The position numbers and the translations under genes were made by a program. The notes beneath the pieces are model-generated. The model did not search any database and was not told the origin of the DNA. It saw nothing but the letters and a program-made list of their open reading frames with translations. 64,000 bases of DNA from Eledone cirrhosa. Its lineage: Eukaryota. Of the stretch, positions 26,822 to 42,743 are shown in pieces. Positions within the stretch are counted from its first letter, which is position 1; every line of letters starts with the position of its first letter. The stretch covers positions 25,916,001 to 25,980,000 of the forward strand of contig OZ024743.1 in NCBI GenBank assembly GCA_964016885.1. Reading direction: 5' to 3'.

Positions 26822-27062
26822 TATCGATCGACATGATCCCAGACCTCATTCGCTTTCCGAGTAATGTGGAACTCGTCAAATCGGACCACGGAAACAATGT
26901 TTCCATTGGTCTTTCCATTACTGATACTATCTACCGGTTGCAAAGCCTAGCAGAAAGAGCAACGTGAAATAAAGTGTATTGTTCAAGGACATGTCGTATC
27001 ACACCGTCTGGGAATCGAACTCGCAACCTCACAATTGCGAATCCGATTTTCAAGCTACGCAT
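26822..27062 (-). mobile_element. tRNA/CORE-like SINE copy (family of 24575)
   Basis: Minus strand reads gagttcgattcccagac..tgtccttgaacaatacactttatttcacgttgctc..aatggaaagaccaatgg. Confidence 0.75.
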
Positions 27063-27131
27063 ACATGAATACATATATATCGAAATCATTAGATATCGAT
27101 CTAAACCATTATGTATATATATATATATATA

Positions 27132-27696
27132 TGAATTTCCAATCTTTTGATTAGCGAAACCGTCGGTCATGGCACTAGAAGAGGTAAATATTTAAATCGT
27201 ATTTTAATGTATTTAAAAGATTGTTTAATGTTTACTTGTTCCGCTCATATTTACAGTTCTGGTATCTCAAATTAGTACCATGGAACAACCACTATTATAG
27301 ACACCATATATATGTCCGTGGGTACTTAGTACCTACTGGAATATATCTATATCATTTATCTGAATTCTCCTTAATATTGAGAAAAAAATGTTGTATCATG
27401 CTGCTATTTCTAGTAACATGAAATATCAACCCGCTCTTTCTAACGGCCCATTTGTGTGGTGGTCATTTTAACGGCTTGATTCATTCACCGGGCAGAAAGC
27501 GACACATCCACATCTACGTGGATTTATATCTAGTAGGTTTGGAAAAGCTATCTGAAGAGCTATATCTTTCCATTGGAAATTCTCTGAATTTCCAATCTTT
27601 TGATTAGCGAATCCGTCGGTCATGGCACTAGAAGAGGTAAATATTTAAATCGTATTTTAATTTATTTAAAAGATTGTTTAATGTTTACTTGTTCCG

Positions 27697-27702
<6 letters not shown>
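27132..27702 (+). mobile_element. Retrozyme-like element: about 1.26 copies of a 453-bp unit between (TA)n tracts
   Basis: Direct repeat 27132-27249 / 27585-27702; contains a hammerhead. Confidence 0.8.
27547..27626 (+). ncRNA. Type I hammerhead ribozyme (this copy has GAAA changed to GAAU)
   Basis: Stem I gctat/atggc; CUGAAGA; stem II gcta/tagc with inner hairpin ttggaaattc/gaatttccaa; GAA(A); stem III cc/gg; GUC site at 27621. Confidence 0.8.
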
Positions 27703-27772
<70 letters not shown>

Positions 27773-27776
<4 letters not shown>

Positions 27777-28112
27777 GAAGTTATATTTAAATTTTTGGGA
27801 TACAACAAGCAAATAATTTTATAACTGATATAAAGCACTCAACAAATTATTGGAGTAAAAATACGATATTAACAAATGGAAACTATATTTATAAAACCAT
27901 ATTTATTTCATTATACATATTTCAAGGACTCTATCCGGGAGCTTCCAACAGTAATGGTCGCATTCTTTAAGGGTATGTCAATATTTATTTATAAAACTGC
28001 TCTATATTATATTTTATCTGATGAAAGTACACCATAATTAACTTGGTGTCCTTGAAATATGTATAATGAAATAAATATGGTTTTATAAATATAGTTTCCA
28101 TTTGTTAATATC

Positions 28113-28114
<2 letters not shown>
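27773..28114 (+). mobile_element. PLE-type pLTR-like element with internal inversion and HHR-like core (28018-28065); relative at 59063-59282 (minus)
   Basis: CUGAUGA-aag-acacca..tggtgt-ctt-GAAA-UAUG-UA; 27860-27928 is inverted at 28049-28114. Confidence 0.65.
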
Positions 28115-28182
<68 letters not shown>

Positions 28183-28190
<8 letters not shown>

Positions 28191-29666
28191 GATCGAGTAT
28201 CGAAAAATCGGCGCACGAGTTCACGAAAAACGAAATTCGATATGAGCGGCAGAGGGCTCAATAATTCAGATGAATCAGAGCTATAACTATCGTTAAAATA
28301 CCGTCACATATAGAACAAGTCTACAATCAACCATACGATTTAAAATCGATAAAGGAAGATTCGGGCCAAACAGATAAAAAATATCAATAAAACAATACGT
28401 CAATAATTTAAATGAATGTAAAATCATACCCGGACCCACTAGAAAGGTGTTAAATCTAGCTTCATGGGTTTCTGTAAATCCTTAGACTGTACTCTATCAG
28501 CTCACATATAAATATAAAAGCCTACTAGAATAAGTGGAACGGAGTTTACGTTGTCAACGAGTTTTTTCCTGGCGGCAGAGGAGTCAACTAGCGGTGAAAA
28601 ACGCACATGGCATTAGACAAGGGAGATGACCCCTATATCCGCGAAAACAATTCGAGTGAATGTGGAAATACACATATCGAATTAGAGTGCTCAATAGACA
28701 TGTTAAAATAAAACAAAAGCTATTCATCACTCAATAGAATCGACAAAAAATGAGCAATAAAATTAACTGGTGGATAGCTAAGTCCAGAGCTAAATATATT
28801 AGAAAGATCGAGTATCGAAAAATCGGCGCACGAGTTCACGAAAAACGAAATTCGATATGAGCGGCAGAGGGCTCAATAATTCAGATGAATCAGAGCTATA
28901 ACTATCGTTAAAATACCGTCACATATAGAACAAGTCTACAATCAACCATACGATTTAAAATCGATAAAGGAAGATTCGGGCCAAACAGATAAAAAATATC
29001 AATAAAACAATACGTCAATAATTTAAATGAATGTAAAATCATACCCGGACCCACTAGAAAGGTGTTAAATCTAGCTTCATGGGTTTCTGTAAATCCTTAG
29101 ACTGTACTCTATCAGCTCACATATAAATATAAAAGCCTACTAGAATAAGTGGAACGGAGTTTACGTTGTCAACGAGTTTTTTCCTGGCGGCAGAGGAGTC
29201 AACTAGCGGTGAAAAACGCACATGGCATTAGACAAGGGAGATGACCCCTATATCCGCGAAAACAATTCGAGTGAATGTGGAAATACACATATCGAATTAG
29301 AGTGCTCAATAGACATGTTAAAATAAAACAAAAGCTATTCATCACTCAATAGAATCGACAAAAAATGAGCAATAAAATTAACTGGTGGATAGCTAAGTCC
29401 AGAGCTAAATATATTAGAAAGATCGAGTATCGAAAAATCGGCGCACGAGTTCACGAAAAACGAAATTCGATATGAGCGGCAGAGGGCTCAATAATTCAGA
29501 TGAATCAGAGCTATAACTATCGTTAAAATACCGTCACATATAGAACAAGTCTACAATCAACCATACGATTTAAAATCGATAAAGGAAGATTCGGGCCAAA
29601 CAGATAAAAAATATCAATAAAACAATACGTCAATAATTTAAATGAATGTAAAATCAATGTAAAATC
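28183..29666 (-). mobile_element. Tandem array of about 2.4 copies of a 615-bp unit in (TA)n
   Basis: gatcgagtat recurs at 28191, 28806 and 29421; copies look identical. Confidence 0.95.
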
Positions 29667-30252
29667 ATATATATATATATATATATATTTTGTTATACTT
29701 GGAGAGGGTCATATTGTTGTAATAATATTGCCAGAATTAATATCAGAACACACTCACTGTTTGGTTGGTTTTCGTTTCTGTATCTTTTATATCAGTTAAT
29801 TTATTCGGTCCTCAATGTTTACCATTGACTGACCAACGGTCAAATAATACAGATATAATATAGACACAAACACATATATATTGTCTAACAAAGTTCTTTC
29901 ATTGCATATCTGCAACATCGTCAGTGGTGCTATTATTATGTTCCTCCTGTTGTATTGTATATCTACGCCATCTTTATTTAATGTTTATTTATTTATTTAT
30001 TTATTTTGTCTTCTCTGCGCATGCGTTTGCGTGTGTATAGTGTTTGGTGTGTGTTCGCGTTTGGGTGACTGTGTTTTGGTTATTGTATTCTATCTTAGTT
30101 TACTAGTGTGTGTTTATATGCGTTTGTTATTATTGTGCTTGTGTATATATTTATTTATTTATTTATATTTCTCTTAGGTCAGTATTGTTTGTTTGGGTGT
30201 TGTTGTTACTCCATTAATTTTTTCTGTTCGCAAAACAAATATATATATATAT

Positions 30253-30750
30253 AACGAAGGAAATATGGTAAGGAACTAGGTGGACCATAACGCACCAGAG
30301 TACTCAATACTTAAGGTAGTAGAGTGGGTAATAGGAAAATGTTAAAGACCCCGACGGCAGAGCTCAAGCCGTTTCGACGTCTATTTCTGGACCTGCCTTT
30401 GTGTAGGTGGAGTTCAGGCTGCTCCTGATAAGTGTGTGGTATCTGTCAGCGTTGACGAAATAGAGGTCTCCAGTTTTGTTCGAATGCACCAGGATGTCGT
30501 TGATGCTTTCTTACTCCGTTATTTTGCTACAGGGTTGTAGGAATCGGTTGTCTGAGTTTGAATTTTATACCCTTGACCAGGTTGAAAAGGTCGTTCTCGA
30601 GGGGTGAGAGCAGAGGGTTCGGTGGGGGAGATTTGTAGGTATTGAATCCGAATCTCTCTGTCGAAGTCCTGGTTGTCGCGGTATCTATCGTAGGTCCAGA
30701 AATAGCCGTCGAAACGGCTTGAGCTCTGCCGTCGGGGTCTTGAACATTTT

Positions 30751-30753
<3 letters not shown>
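30253..30753. mobile_element. (TA)n-flanked element with inverted arms; family also at 26631-26697 and 42441-42637
   Basis: 30329-30393 is inverted at 30692-30754; same left end aacgaaggaaat.tggtaaggaac as 42441. Confidence 0.8.
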
Positions 30754-30825
<72 letters not shown>

Positions 30826-30939
30826 TTGGTGTGCGGATGTGTGTGCAAGGGGGAGTGCCCTAAATAATCCAGAAATACAGAATTTCGTCTTATTTCTGAT
30901 ATGACATTTCCAAATCTATATATTCTTTCCCGCCACTAA

Positions 30940-30945
30940 CACACA

Positions 30946-31014
<69 letters not shown>

Positions 31015-31118
31015 TCTCTCTCTCTCTCACTCACTCTCTCTCTCTTTCTCTCTCTCTCTTTCTCTCTCTCTCTCGTTCGCTCTCTCTCTCTCACTTTGTA
31101 TGTATATATATATATATA

Positions 31119-31161
<43 letters not shown>

Positions 31162-31225
31162 TTATATATATATATATATGTGTGTGTGCATAATCTTTCT
31201 CTCTCTTTCGCTCTCTCTCGCTTTC

Positions 31226-31318
<93 letters not shown>

Positions 31319-31379
31319 TATATATATGTGTGTGTGCATAATCTTTCTCTCTCTTTCGCTCTCTCTCTCTCTCGCTTTC

Positions 31380-31453
<74 letters not shown>

Positions 31454-31500
31454 TCTATATATATATATATATATGTGTGTGTACATAATTTGTCTCTCTC
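30940..31500. repeat. (TC)n/(TA)n compound microsatellite with a short local duplication
   Basis: gtgtgcataatctttctctctctttcgctctc occurs twice, plus a third degenerate copy. Confidence 0.9.
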
Positions 31501-31752
31501 TTTCTCTCTTGTGAGGGGTGAGAGGGAGAGTAGCTCCTCTAAATTTGTTTCTTTCTTTTGTTTCACTTTAACGTTTGTCATTTCATTTGCAATTTCCTTT
31601 AACCATTATTCATTTTCATACCCTATACATGTGTGTGTATGAGTGTGTAAGTGTATACGTGTGTGTATATATATATATAAATATATATGTATATATACGT
31701 TTTATTCATATAACTATACATATATTTTTGTTTGTGTTGTTATTCCTTAGTG

Positions 31753-31811
<59 letters not shown>

Positions 31812-32550
31812 TATATATATATATTTCATTTCTGAATTTCTTTAGCAAGATTCCTTATCTGAAAACGTGTGTTGAAACCGATATTGTTATACCTTGGGAG
31901 GTATAACAATGAATGGAATAGCAACATCACAACTTATAATTAAGGACAAAATGAAAACACACACACATAGAACAAACAACTAACTAGTAACATGTAAATA
32001 AACAAATAAATAAACAAATAAAAACACACACAGACATCCGGATGTAACACATACGCAAACTAAGCACACAACACACACAAAACAAGATGGCGTAGGACAG
32101 AACAAAGGAGAGGCACAAAATAGAGAAAAGAATCCCAGTCACTGAAGAGGTCACAGAATGTGTGACGAAAGAACTTTGACAATATATAAACAACCATCTG
32201 GTTATAGAACCAACCAACCAACCGGAAATTTATAATAAATTGAAGTAAAAACGACTGGTGCGTGTGTTTCTTATTGGCAACATGACCCTCCCAAAGTATA
32301 ACAATATATATATACAATATATATATATATAAGAGTATTCCATAACATATATATATATATATATATATATGTTATGGAATACTGTTAGCTTCTCGCTACA
32401 ACAATTTCTATACTTTTCATTTATATATATATATATATATAATATATATATATATTAGAAAAGTAAATAACAACAACAAGGAGTACAATGTGTTAGGTAT
32501 TAGATTCACGCTTGAGAGTGGGGTGGGGGCGGAGAACATAATATATATAC

Positions 32551-32664
<114 letters not shown>

Positions 32665-32987
32665 GTGTATTTATAGAAACAATGAGCTTTAACTAGATAA
32701 AGGACTCAATATCTGTATAGAGTCTATATATGTGTAGACATTGAAAGGATGAAAAGCAAAATTGAACTCTGTTCTCAGATAGCCGAAACGAGTACTGCAA
32801 AGCATTATAACGGCTCTACTAATTGACCATATTTTTAATTTTTATTGACATTGACCTTGAATGTTTGACAGTACTGGCTTCTTTAAACTGTCTTTATTTA
32901 CAAGTCACCTCCTATGAAATAAGTGAGTGATTTTATAAGTTGTAAGAATTGTGAACATTCCGGCTTTGCTCAAATTGCCAGTTTATT

Positions 32988-33350
32988 TACAAGCGCCCCA
33001 GCAGAATTACCCTCTTCCCTTTCGAATAATGTAAATCCCTCATTTTGGAGACAACATGCTGTGACACGTTCTCCGCCTCCAACTTAGTCGCTTGGCCATA
33101 AACCCAGTAATGCAGAGGACAGGCAGACAAGTGAATACTGAGACTTATCCGGTTGCTTCCTCTTTGCACTTGTCGATGTCGAGATTTCAGGCGTCCTCGG
33201 ACCACGGTGAGCTGGTCTCCTACCTAAAATTGGATCGTTAGCAGCCCGTCTGAGGAAGGAGACTCGCGACGTCGGCTGGTTGTTGCAGCGGGCGTCGCTG
33301 GCCGTTGTCCGCAGAAATGTTTTTGCCACTTTTTCCGCGGGGCACAACCT
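32988..33350 (+). pseudogene. CRE-like non-LTR retrotransposon C-terminal restriction-like endonuclease remnant
   Basis: KRP..ITLFPF...SLILETTCCDTFS; FLFALV.VE.SGVLG; WLLQRASLAVVRRN; homologous to 62095-62500. Confidence 0.7.
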
Positions 33351-33617
33351 AAACACCACTCTGACCTAGGTGTACAGTATGTCACCCTCTCCCCTTCCCT
33401 CTTTCTTTCTTCATTTGTCTAATAGCTGTTGTTCTTTCCCTCCTTTACCTCTCATTTATGTCATTTATAGTCCTTTCCAATACTGCTTTCTATTTCTGTG
33501 TGTTTGACAAATTTATAGTTATATCAAATGAGAAATTTATTGTTTTTTATGTGTACCTGGTACTCTTCCTGCACATGCGCTCTATAACCTAATCGAAAAC
33601 TAGAAATAATATGGGTT

Positions 33618-33970
33618 CTTTGCCGTTCATCCTTACGGGGTTAATAACATAAAGTACAAATAATGCACTGGGATCGATTTAACCGACTTTTCCCTCCCCA
33701 AAAAATGTCTGGCCTTGTGCGTATATAAGAAACCATTATATTAGATAGATAATGAGGTAAAGCGACATTATCGGTAGAGCGTCAGAAACATACTTTGCGG
33801 CATAAAATTACGCCCCTTTACGTTCTGAGTTAAAATCCCGGCGAGATTAACTTTGCCTTTCATCCTTACAGGGTCGAAAAATAAAGTACTAGTTATGTAC
33901 TGGGGTTAATTTAATCGACTTATACCTTCCTCTTGAATTGCTGGCCTTGTGCCTTAATTAAAAGCCATTA
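33618..33970 (+). mobile_element. Two Nin/Deu-like SINE copies
   Basis: Family core sequence occurs twice. Confidence 0.75.
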
Positions 33971-34824
33971 CATATAGACAGATTTGTGTAAAATGTTTAT
34001 TATATGTGTGTATGTGTGAGTGTGTTAACACCTATATAGGTTTAGCTGGCCTCCAACAAGATGACTTCTTATAGGAGGCTTCCTTGTCGTTTTAATGATC
34101 GGGGTTCTTCTATTATCAAAAGCAACGTGGAATGGTAAAAATACAACACTCCAGGCGGTATTGGAATTAAACTCCGACCTTATGATCGTGAGACCAACAC
34201 CCTAACCACATGGCTAAACACCTTCATTATGATAATCATGTTGCTCGAATATCACTGGTATTCAAAATAATGTATTCACTAAACGAATAATTGAATTGCG
34301 ACCAATTTTTTTTTTTAATGTCTTTCGCAAGTATAACTTAGTTTCTGTCCTAATTAGCTTACTCTCGACTGTACAAGTCTCTATATAAGTAATATATACA
34401 ATAAGGAAAAAAATATATTTCAAAACTTACTGGCTGCCACATTCTCAGTCTACCATATCAGCGGCACTCGAAAACGGCGTTGACTTCGACTCCACCAGGC
34501 GGCAAACGGAAAAGGATCAGACTGAAGATCACCTTCAAGATGATTTGGAAGCTGTCATCTGGAACGGATGCATAAGTGTGGCAGTTGGTCGTATGCCTTG
34601 GAGGAAGCTTGTCTCCCCAATACGTTGTCCAATGCACGAGGATCTAAGTCTAAGTAAGTATTACACTTCACTGATGATATAGTAACCTAGTGTAGCTCAA
34701 TAATACTAAGACACGATCAGTAAATACTTACAACACTTCCTTACTCATATACAACACACAGTTAAAACCTTCATAAACTTTACAATTGCCAATATTTGAT
34801 AAACTCTCATAGTGACCTCACGTC

Positions 34825-35192
34825 TATAATGGTTTCTTATATAGGCACAAGACCAGTAATTTTGGGGGGAGAGGAAAGTCGATTAAATCGACCCCAGTGC
34901 GTAACTGGTACTTTATTTTATCGACCCCATAAGGATGAAAGGCAAAGTTAACCTCGGCGATGTAGTCAAAACTGCGTCGTAAAGAGTTGTTCAAAGTAAA
35001 TAATTGTTTCTACTTTAGGCACAAGGCCAGCAATTACCCAGTGCATTACTGGTACTTTATTTTATCAACCCCGTAAGGATGAAAAGCAAAGTCAACCTCG
35101 GCGGGATTTGAACTCAGATCATAAAGGGACGTAACTCTATGCTTCAAAGCATGGCGTCCGACCCTCTACCGATACTGCCAATTCACCGCCAT
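34825..35192 (-). mobile_element. Two Nin/Deu-like SINE copies
   Basis: Family core sequence occurs twice. Confidence 0.78.
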
Positions 35193-36629
35193 TAAGTAAA
35201 TAATAAAAAATAAATGCTTTACCTCTGAATACTTGTTGATCTTTGAAAATAGTCTAATGCTACTCCTATCTTGAACTGAGCAATTGTTACACAGTTAAAC
35301 ATCCTAGACAATATTTTTTAATCCATCTATTTGATTGGCAAACTTTTATTCATAACACACCAGAACCTTCATCTCTGAGAAGAAGTCCGTATGTTACACG
35401 ATATTTTCAAAGGAGTGTCGTGGTGAATAAAACAATAATGACTGTGATCGAGAAATATGATGTTTTGCTATTCCATTTTAGATGGTTTCTCAATCAAGTC
35501 GCTTCTCTTACGCAACTAAAGTGAACAATGTGTACAAAAACGAATTTATGTCTATCAAACTAAACAAACATGGCCAGACCAATTCATGCTTTGACACGTC
35601 TATACATATCCATTAAAAGCTTTAATAAATCAAATATTGGCTTGCTTTAAGACTTGCGCCGTCTTTATCTTTTGAATTCTTCGTTATTCATCTCTAATAT
35701 TTGATTACGTTTCAATGAGTGACATCCGATCATGTTCTCATATAAACTGCCGGTCTTCACTTTATTTACAAACGATGCTTGAGAAGGATTGATTTGTGAT
35801 TTTTTTTTTATTTTCACTCTCTCACACACACATACTGTATATATATATATATATATATGTGTATATATATATATAAAAGAGAAAACACAGGTAAGCATTA
35901 AGAGAAGGATTTTATCCAGGTATTTACGACCGTTTCATTGGTAAGTGCAACCTTATATTGCTATTCTGCAAATAGCAGCCACTCAATTATAATTGTTGTA
36001 ACTATATATATATGTATGTATGTGTGTGTGTGTGTGTGTGTGTGTGCATTTCTTTTACAGGATTCTTGATGTAAAATCGTGTGTTGAAACAGATATTGTT
36101 ATATTTGGGAATAGTCATGTTGCCAATATTGAGTTTAACTTCACCTTTATTATTAGTTAGTCGCTACTTTGTCATAGTTCTTTCGTTACACATTCCGTGA
36201 CCTCTTTAATGAGTATTTGATTTTCTCTTTGCCTCTTCTTCTTTCTAGTCTTATTCTATTTACTCATCCTCTCGCCTATGCTATGGAGTGTCCCTCCTAT
36301 ATATGCCGTTGTCATGTTTCTTCACTGTTCTTCTATACACCTTATCCTGTCTTTAAGACTATACAGTTTCTATCAATACATGGGATTTTTTTAAAAGTGT
36401 ATGGGATTTTATATGAGTGCTTGGCTTTTCTACCACTTTGATTCTTAGGTTTAGTATATCTAAAACTCTCCTTAATCGATATGCTAGTTCGCCTCTAGGG
36501 GAAGCGTCAACGAACATGACACTGGTACTTTTGGCTGACATGCCATGAGTTGGCCTCCCCTGTCTACCCCTGTTATGGAAACTATTAACAGGTGTAATAT
36601 CTGAAGAATTGTACCGGCATTCGAGGATA

Positions 36630-37075
36630 AAAACTTTTTGCTATGGGATTAGAAAGGATTCAGAAAAAGAAGTAGAGGCATCAAGGATCAATTACTGATC
36701 GACAAAATGGTAGTCAAGGATTGTAAGAGGAGATTAATATCATTGGGAGTTGCCTGGATAGATTATCGCTAGACGTATGATATATGGACTCACAGGTCGA
36801 TTGAAAAATCAAGGAAAAGGTTTGGAGTGTCAATAAATATGAGACAGTTCATTAAAGAGAGTATGAAACAGTGGAATATTGAGCTAATCGCTGGCAATAA
36901 AGTTAGGAAATGTTAAGATAAGACGTGGGATATTCCAAGGAGACAGTTTGTCGCCATTATTGTTTGCAGTGGCGATCATTCCACTGACACTGATGTTGAG
37001 AAAGATAAAGATATTGTATAAACGAAAGAAAGAGGATCAATCACCTTCTCTCCATGGACGATTTTAAGTTGTTTC
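36630..37075 (+). pseudogene. R4/Dong-like (RLE-clade) LINE RT fragment, absent from the ORF track
   Basis: Manual translation: [12 protein letters not shown]; VKIRRGIFQGDSLSPLLFAVAIIPL; INHLLSMDDFKLF. Confidence 0.75.
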
Positions 37076-37263
37076 TCTCTATATAGATGACGGCGAAGTC
37101 ATAACTTTCTGTCTATCTTCCTCTCTTTATCACCTCGAAAACATGCGGCGTTCCCTTTTCTCTATATATGTACATATCTCTCGCTTGGCGCTCCCCCTCT
37201 ATATATATAAATTAAGCGGAGGAACGGACAGAGAGCGCTCTTATTATAATATATATATATATA

Positions 37264-39229
<1,966 letters not shown>

Positions 39230-39242
39230 TTATATATATATA

Positions 39243-39276
<34 letters not shown>

Positions 39277-39631
39277 ATGTCTGTTTCAGAAATGTCCTCA
39301 ATGCAATTCTACATATTCTAGATATCAATGTTTATATTTTTTTTTGTTTTCTTTTTATTAAGCAGTGTGGTCCTAATATACTAAGAGTGACAAGATGGTC
39401 TCAACTTTAAAACCTTTTATGATAGGCCTGGTTATTCCAACAACATCGATAATGCTACCACTAACTGTATCAATAAAAGCAGCAACAATAATAACACCTT
39501 CATCACAACAACATCAACATCAATAACAACAACAGCAACAGATGCAACGTTAACAAAGCCGACAAATGCAACAACAAAAGCAACCAAACATTAACGACAA
39601 TGCATATAACAAAAGATAGAAACACTTAAAA

Positions 39632-39676
<45 letters not shown>

Positions 39677-40292
39677 CATGTATATATGTATATGTCAGGT
39701 TACCAGTTGGTGCTACTGGTAACATGTATCCCAGTACAACCTGTCTCATGGTCGGGTCGTTGGCGACTAAACTGGCAACCCCACCAAGGTTTCTTGGTGA
39801 GGAGGGTGATTTTGGACATCCTGCAGGACTAAAATCAAAACCTGTCAAAGTGCAAAGGAGCTCTTAAGAGTCAATGGCCATCCAAAATTAGCGGGAGAGA
39901 TGACGCCTTAGCCTTTGTCAAGGCAGAATTCTAGGAGAAGGAAAACTCTGATATAACACCTGCAACCCTGATGGTATCCAATGATGTTGACTTGTTCTTC
40001 TTTTTGGTAAATATCATCTTGGTTAAGAGAGTGACTTTGTGCAGTGCCTTTGTCACTATAAAAGCTTCCCGGCACAGGCATTGCTTTATATCTGCAGATC
40101 CCTCTGCACTTGTCGTCACATGGTACCATGGGCCCAGCACTATGTGTCAATAATTGTCACAGGTGTAGTGTATGTACCAGAGTTTTCAAGTCGCTGGCTG
40201 GACTAAAACGTCACACTCATTCAGCGCATCGGTAGGGGTTCTCCTACAAGGATATAAAGTAGTGGCCGTACTCGAAAACGAGTTGGCAGCCA

Positions 40293-40335
<43 letters not shown>

Positions 40336-40345
40336 CATGTATATC

Positions 40346-40391
<46 letters not shown>

Positions 40392-40392
<1 letters not shown>

Positions 40393-40446
40393 CAACAAAA
40401 TAGCAACAACAATAACTACAACTACAACCACAACAACAAGAACAAG

Positions 40447-40486
<40 letters not shown>

Positions 40487-40597
40487 GCGACGACAACAGC
40501 GACGACAACAGCGACGACAACAGCAACAACAACGACAACAACAACAACAGCAGCAGCAGCGGCAACAACAACAGCAACGACTACAACAACGACAACA

Positions 40598-40654
<57 letters not shown>

Positions 40655-40712
40655 CGACGACGACAACAACGACAACAACAACAACGACGACAATAACAGC
40701 AACAACAAGGGC

Positions 40713-40749
<37 letters not shown>

Positions 40750-40773
40750 GCAACGACTACAACAACGACAACA

Positions 40774-40804
<31 letters not shown>

Positions 40805-40849
40805 GACGACAACAACAACAACAACACCAACACCACCAACAACACCAAC

Positions 40850-40899
<50 letters not shown>

Positions 40900-41085
40900 C
40901 TACAATAACGACAACAAAACAACAACAACAACAACGACGACAACAACAACGACGACAACAACGACAACAACAACAACAACAACAACAACTACAACAACGA
41001 CAACAAAACAACAACAACGACAACGACAACAACAACAACAACAACAACAACAACGACGACGACAACGACAACGACGACAACAACC
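40392..41085. repeat. (AAC)n-type microsatellite
   Basis: Seen directly. Confidence 0.97.
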
Positions 41086-41624
41086 AGAAATAACAACAAT
41101 TCCAGTAACAATAACAAAACTGACCATCTACAACATTGACATCAGCCACAACTTAAATACAAATAATAATTGATTTGAAGATGAAGTTTGCACATAATGT
41201 TAGGGTAGTGAAGGAAAGTTTATGTTGAATATATTAGCATTTGAGCTTAAATCTATGCATGTATTTCGCGCATCTATACGTGAATCGATCGTTTATGTCT
41301 TTGATCTTCTGTGTACTTTAACGTTGCATCTGTGTCAATTCGATGCCAGCTGCTAATCCGTTTTGTTTCACTTTCACTTTTATATTTGGAAAAAGGTACG
41401 AAAAATAAATTTGTTGAGATTATCAATCTAAATAGGTGAGATACTTTTTGTTTGTTAAGGCTAAAAAAAAAGATGTACTGGTTGTTTACTTTACATTCAC
41501 AGATATAACGAGTACAGACAAGTATTAAGAAAAGAGAAGCGAAGATGAGTCGATGGTGTTGATTGCATGTGTCTGTGAAAGCATATATATACTGTATATA
41601 TATATATATAAAATATATATACAA

Positions 41625-41733
<109 letters not shown>

Positions 41734-42004
41734 TGTATATAAGTAAAAAGCAAAATAAAATAAATTCCAATGTGCATGCCTTATCCTCCGTATTATTACA
41801 TGTAAAGCAAAGTATATCTGGAAGACGTCCTTAAAACTATCGATACAATTAAAACACTCAGTTTCAATAGGAAAGTGATTAACTTCGATTCGATTTCAGC
41901 AGCATTAAGTAGTTGCGGTTTAAAGCTCTTCACTATAAGAGGCTAGAAAATCGGCAGATTACTTTGCCAGAAAATGGTGGTATTCTTTCCTCCATTATAT
42001 ATGC

Positions 42005-42190
42005 TGAAGCGGTGGATTGGTAGTATCGGTAGAGCGTCGGATATCATGCTTTGCGCCATACAGCTACGGCCCTTTATGTTCTGGGATCTCATTCCGTCGA
42101 GTTCAACTTTGCCTTTCCTCCTTATGAGGGTCGCTAAAATAAAGTACCAGTAATGCACTAGGTCTATTTAATCGACTTTCTCTTACCCCT
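42005..42190 (+). mobile_element. Nin/Deu-like SINE copy
   Basis: Family head and core present. Confidence 0.75.
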
Positions 42191-42392
42191 GAAAGCATTA
42201 TATATTGTGAAACAATGCAGCATTGAGTGACTATTTAACTCTGTGTCGCGTTTGATAAGCTGGCATTGAATATGAACTCACGACTTGTGTGTTCCCGATA
42301 TTTTCGATACTTTTTTCTTCTAAGTTTGCCTCTGATGGACATGGTATTTAGATAACGAGAAATTAATCTATCAAAAGAGCGTGTATATGTGC

Positions 42393-42440
<48 letters not shown>

Positions 42441-42442
<2 letters not shown>

Positions 42443-42637
42443 CGAAGGAAATGTGGTAAGGAACCAGGTGGACCATAACGCACCAAAGTACTCAATACTT
42501 AGGGTAATAGAGTGGGTAATAGGAATGAGTAGGACCCCGACGGCTGAGCTCAAGCCGTTTCGACGGCTAATTCTGGACAGTCCAGAATTAGCCGTCGAAA
42601 CGGCTTGAGCTCAGCCGTCGGGGTCCTACTCGTTCCT
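42441..42637. mobile_element. (TA)n-flanked element ending in a near-perfect ~120-bp palindrome
   Basis: 42519-42578 versus 42581-42639. Confidence 0.85.
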
Positions 42638-42743
42638 ATATATATATATATATATATATATAACGAAAGGAGCTGTGTGGTTACTAAAAACAAGGTTTAG
42701 GATGGTGGTTAGGACGGAACAAGAGGAGAAAGGAAGAAAGGAG

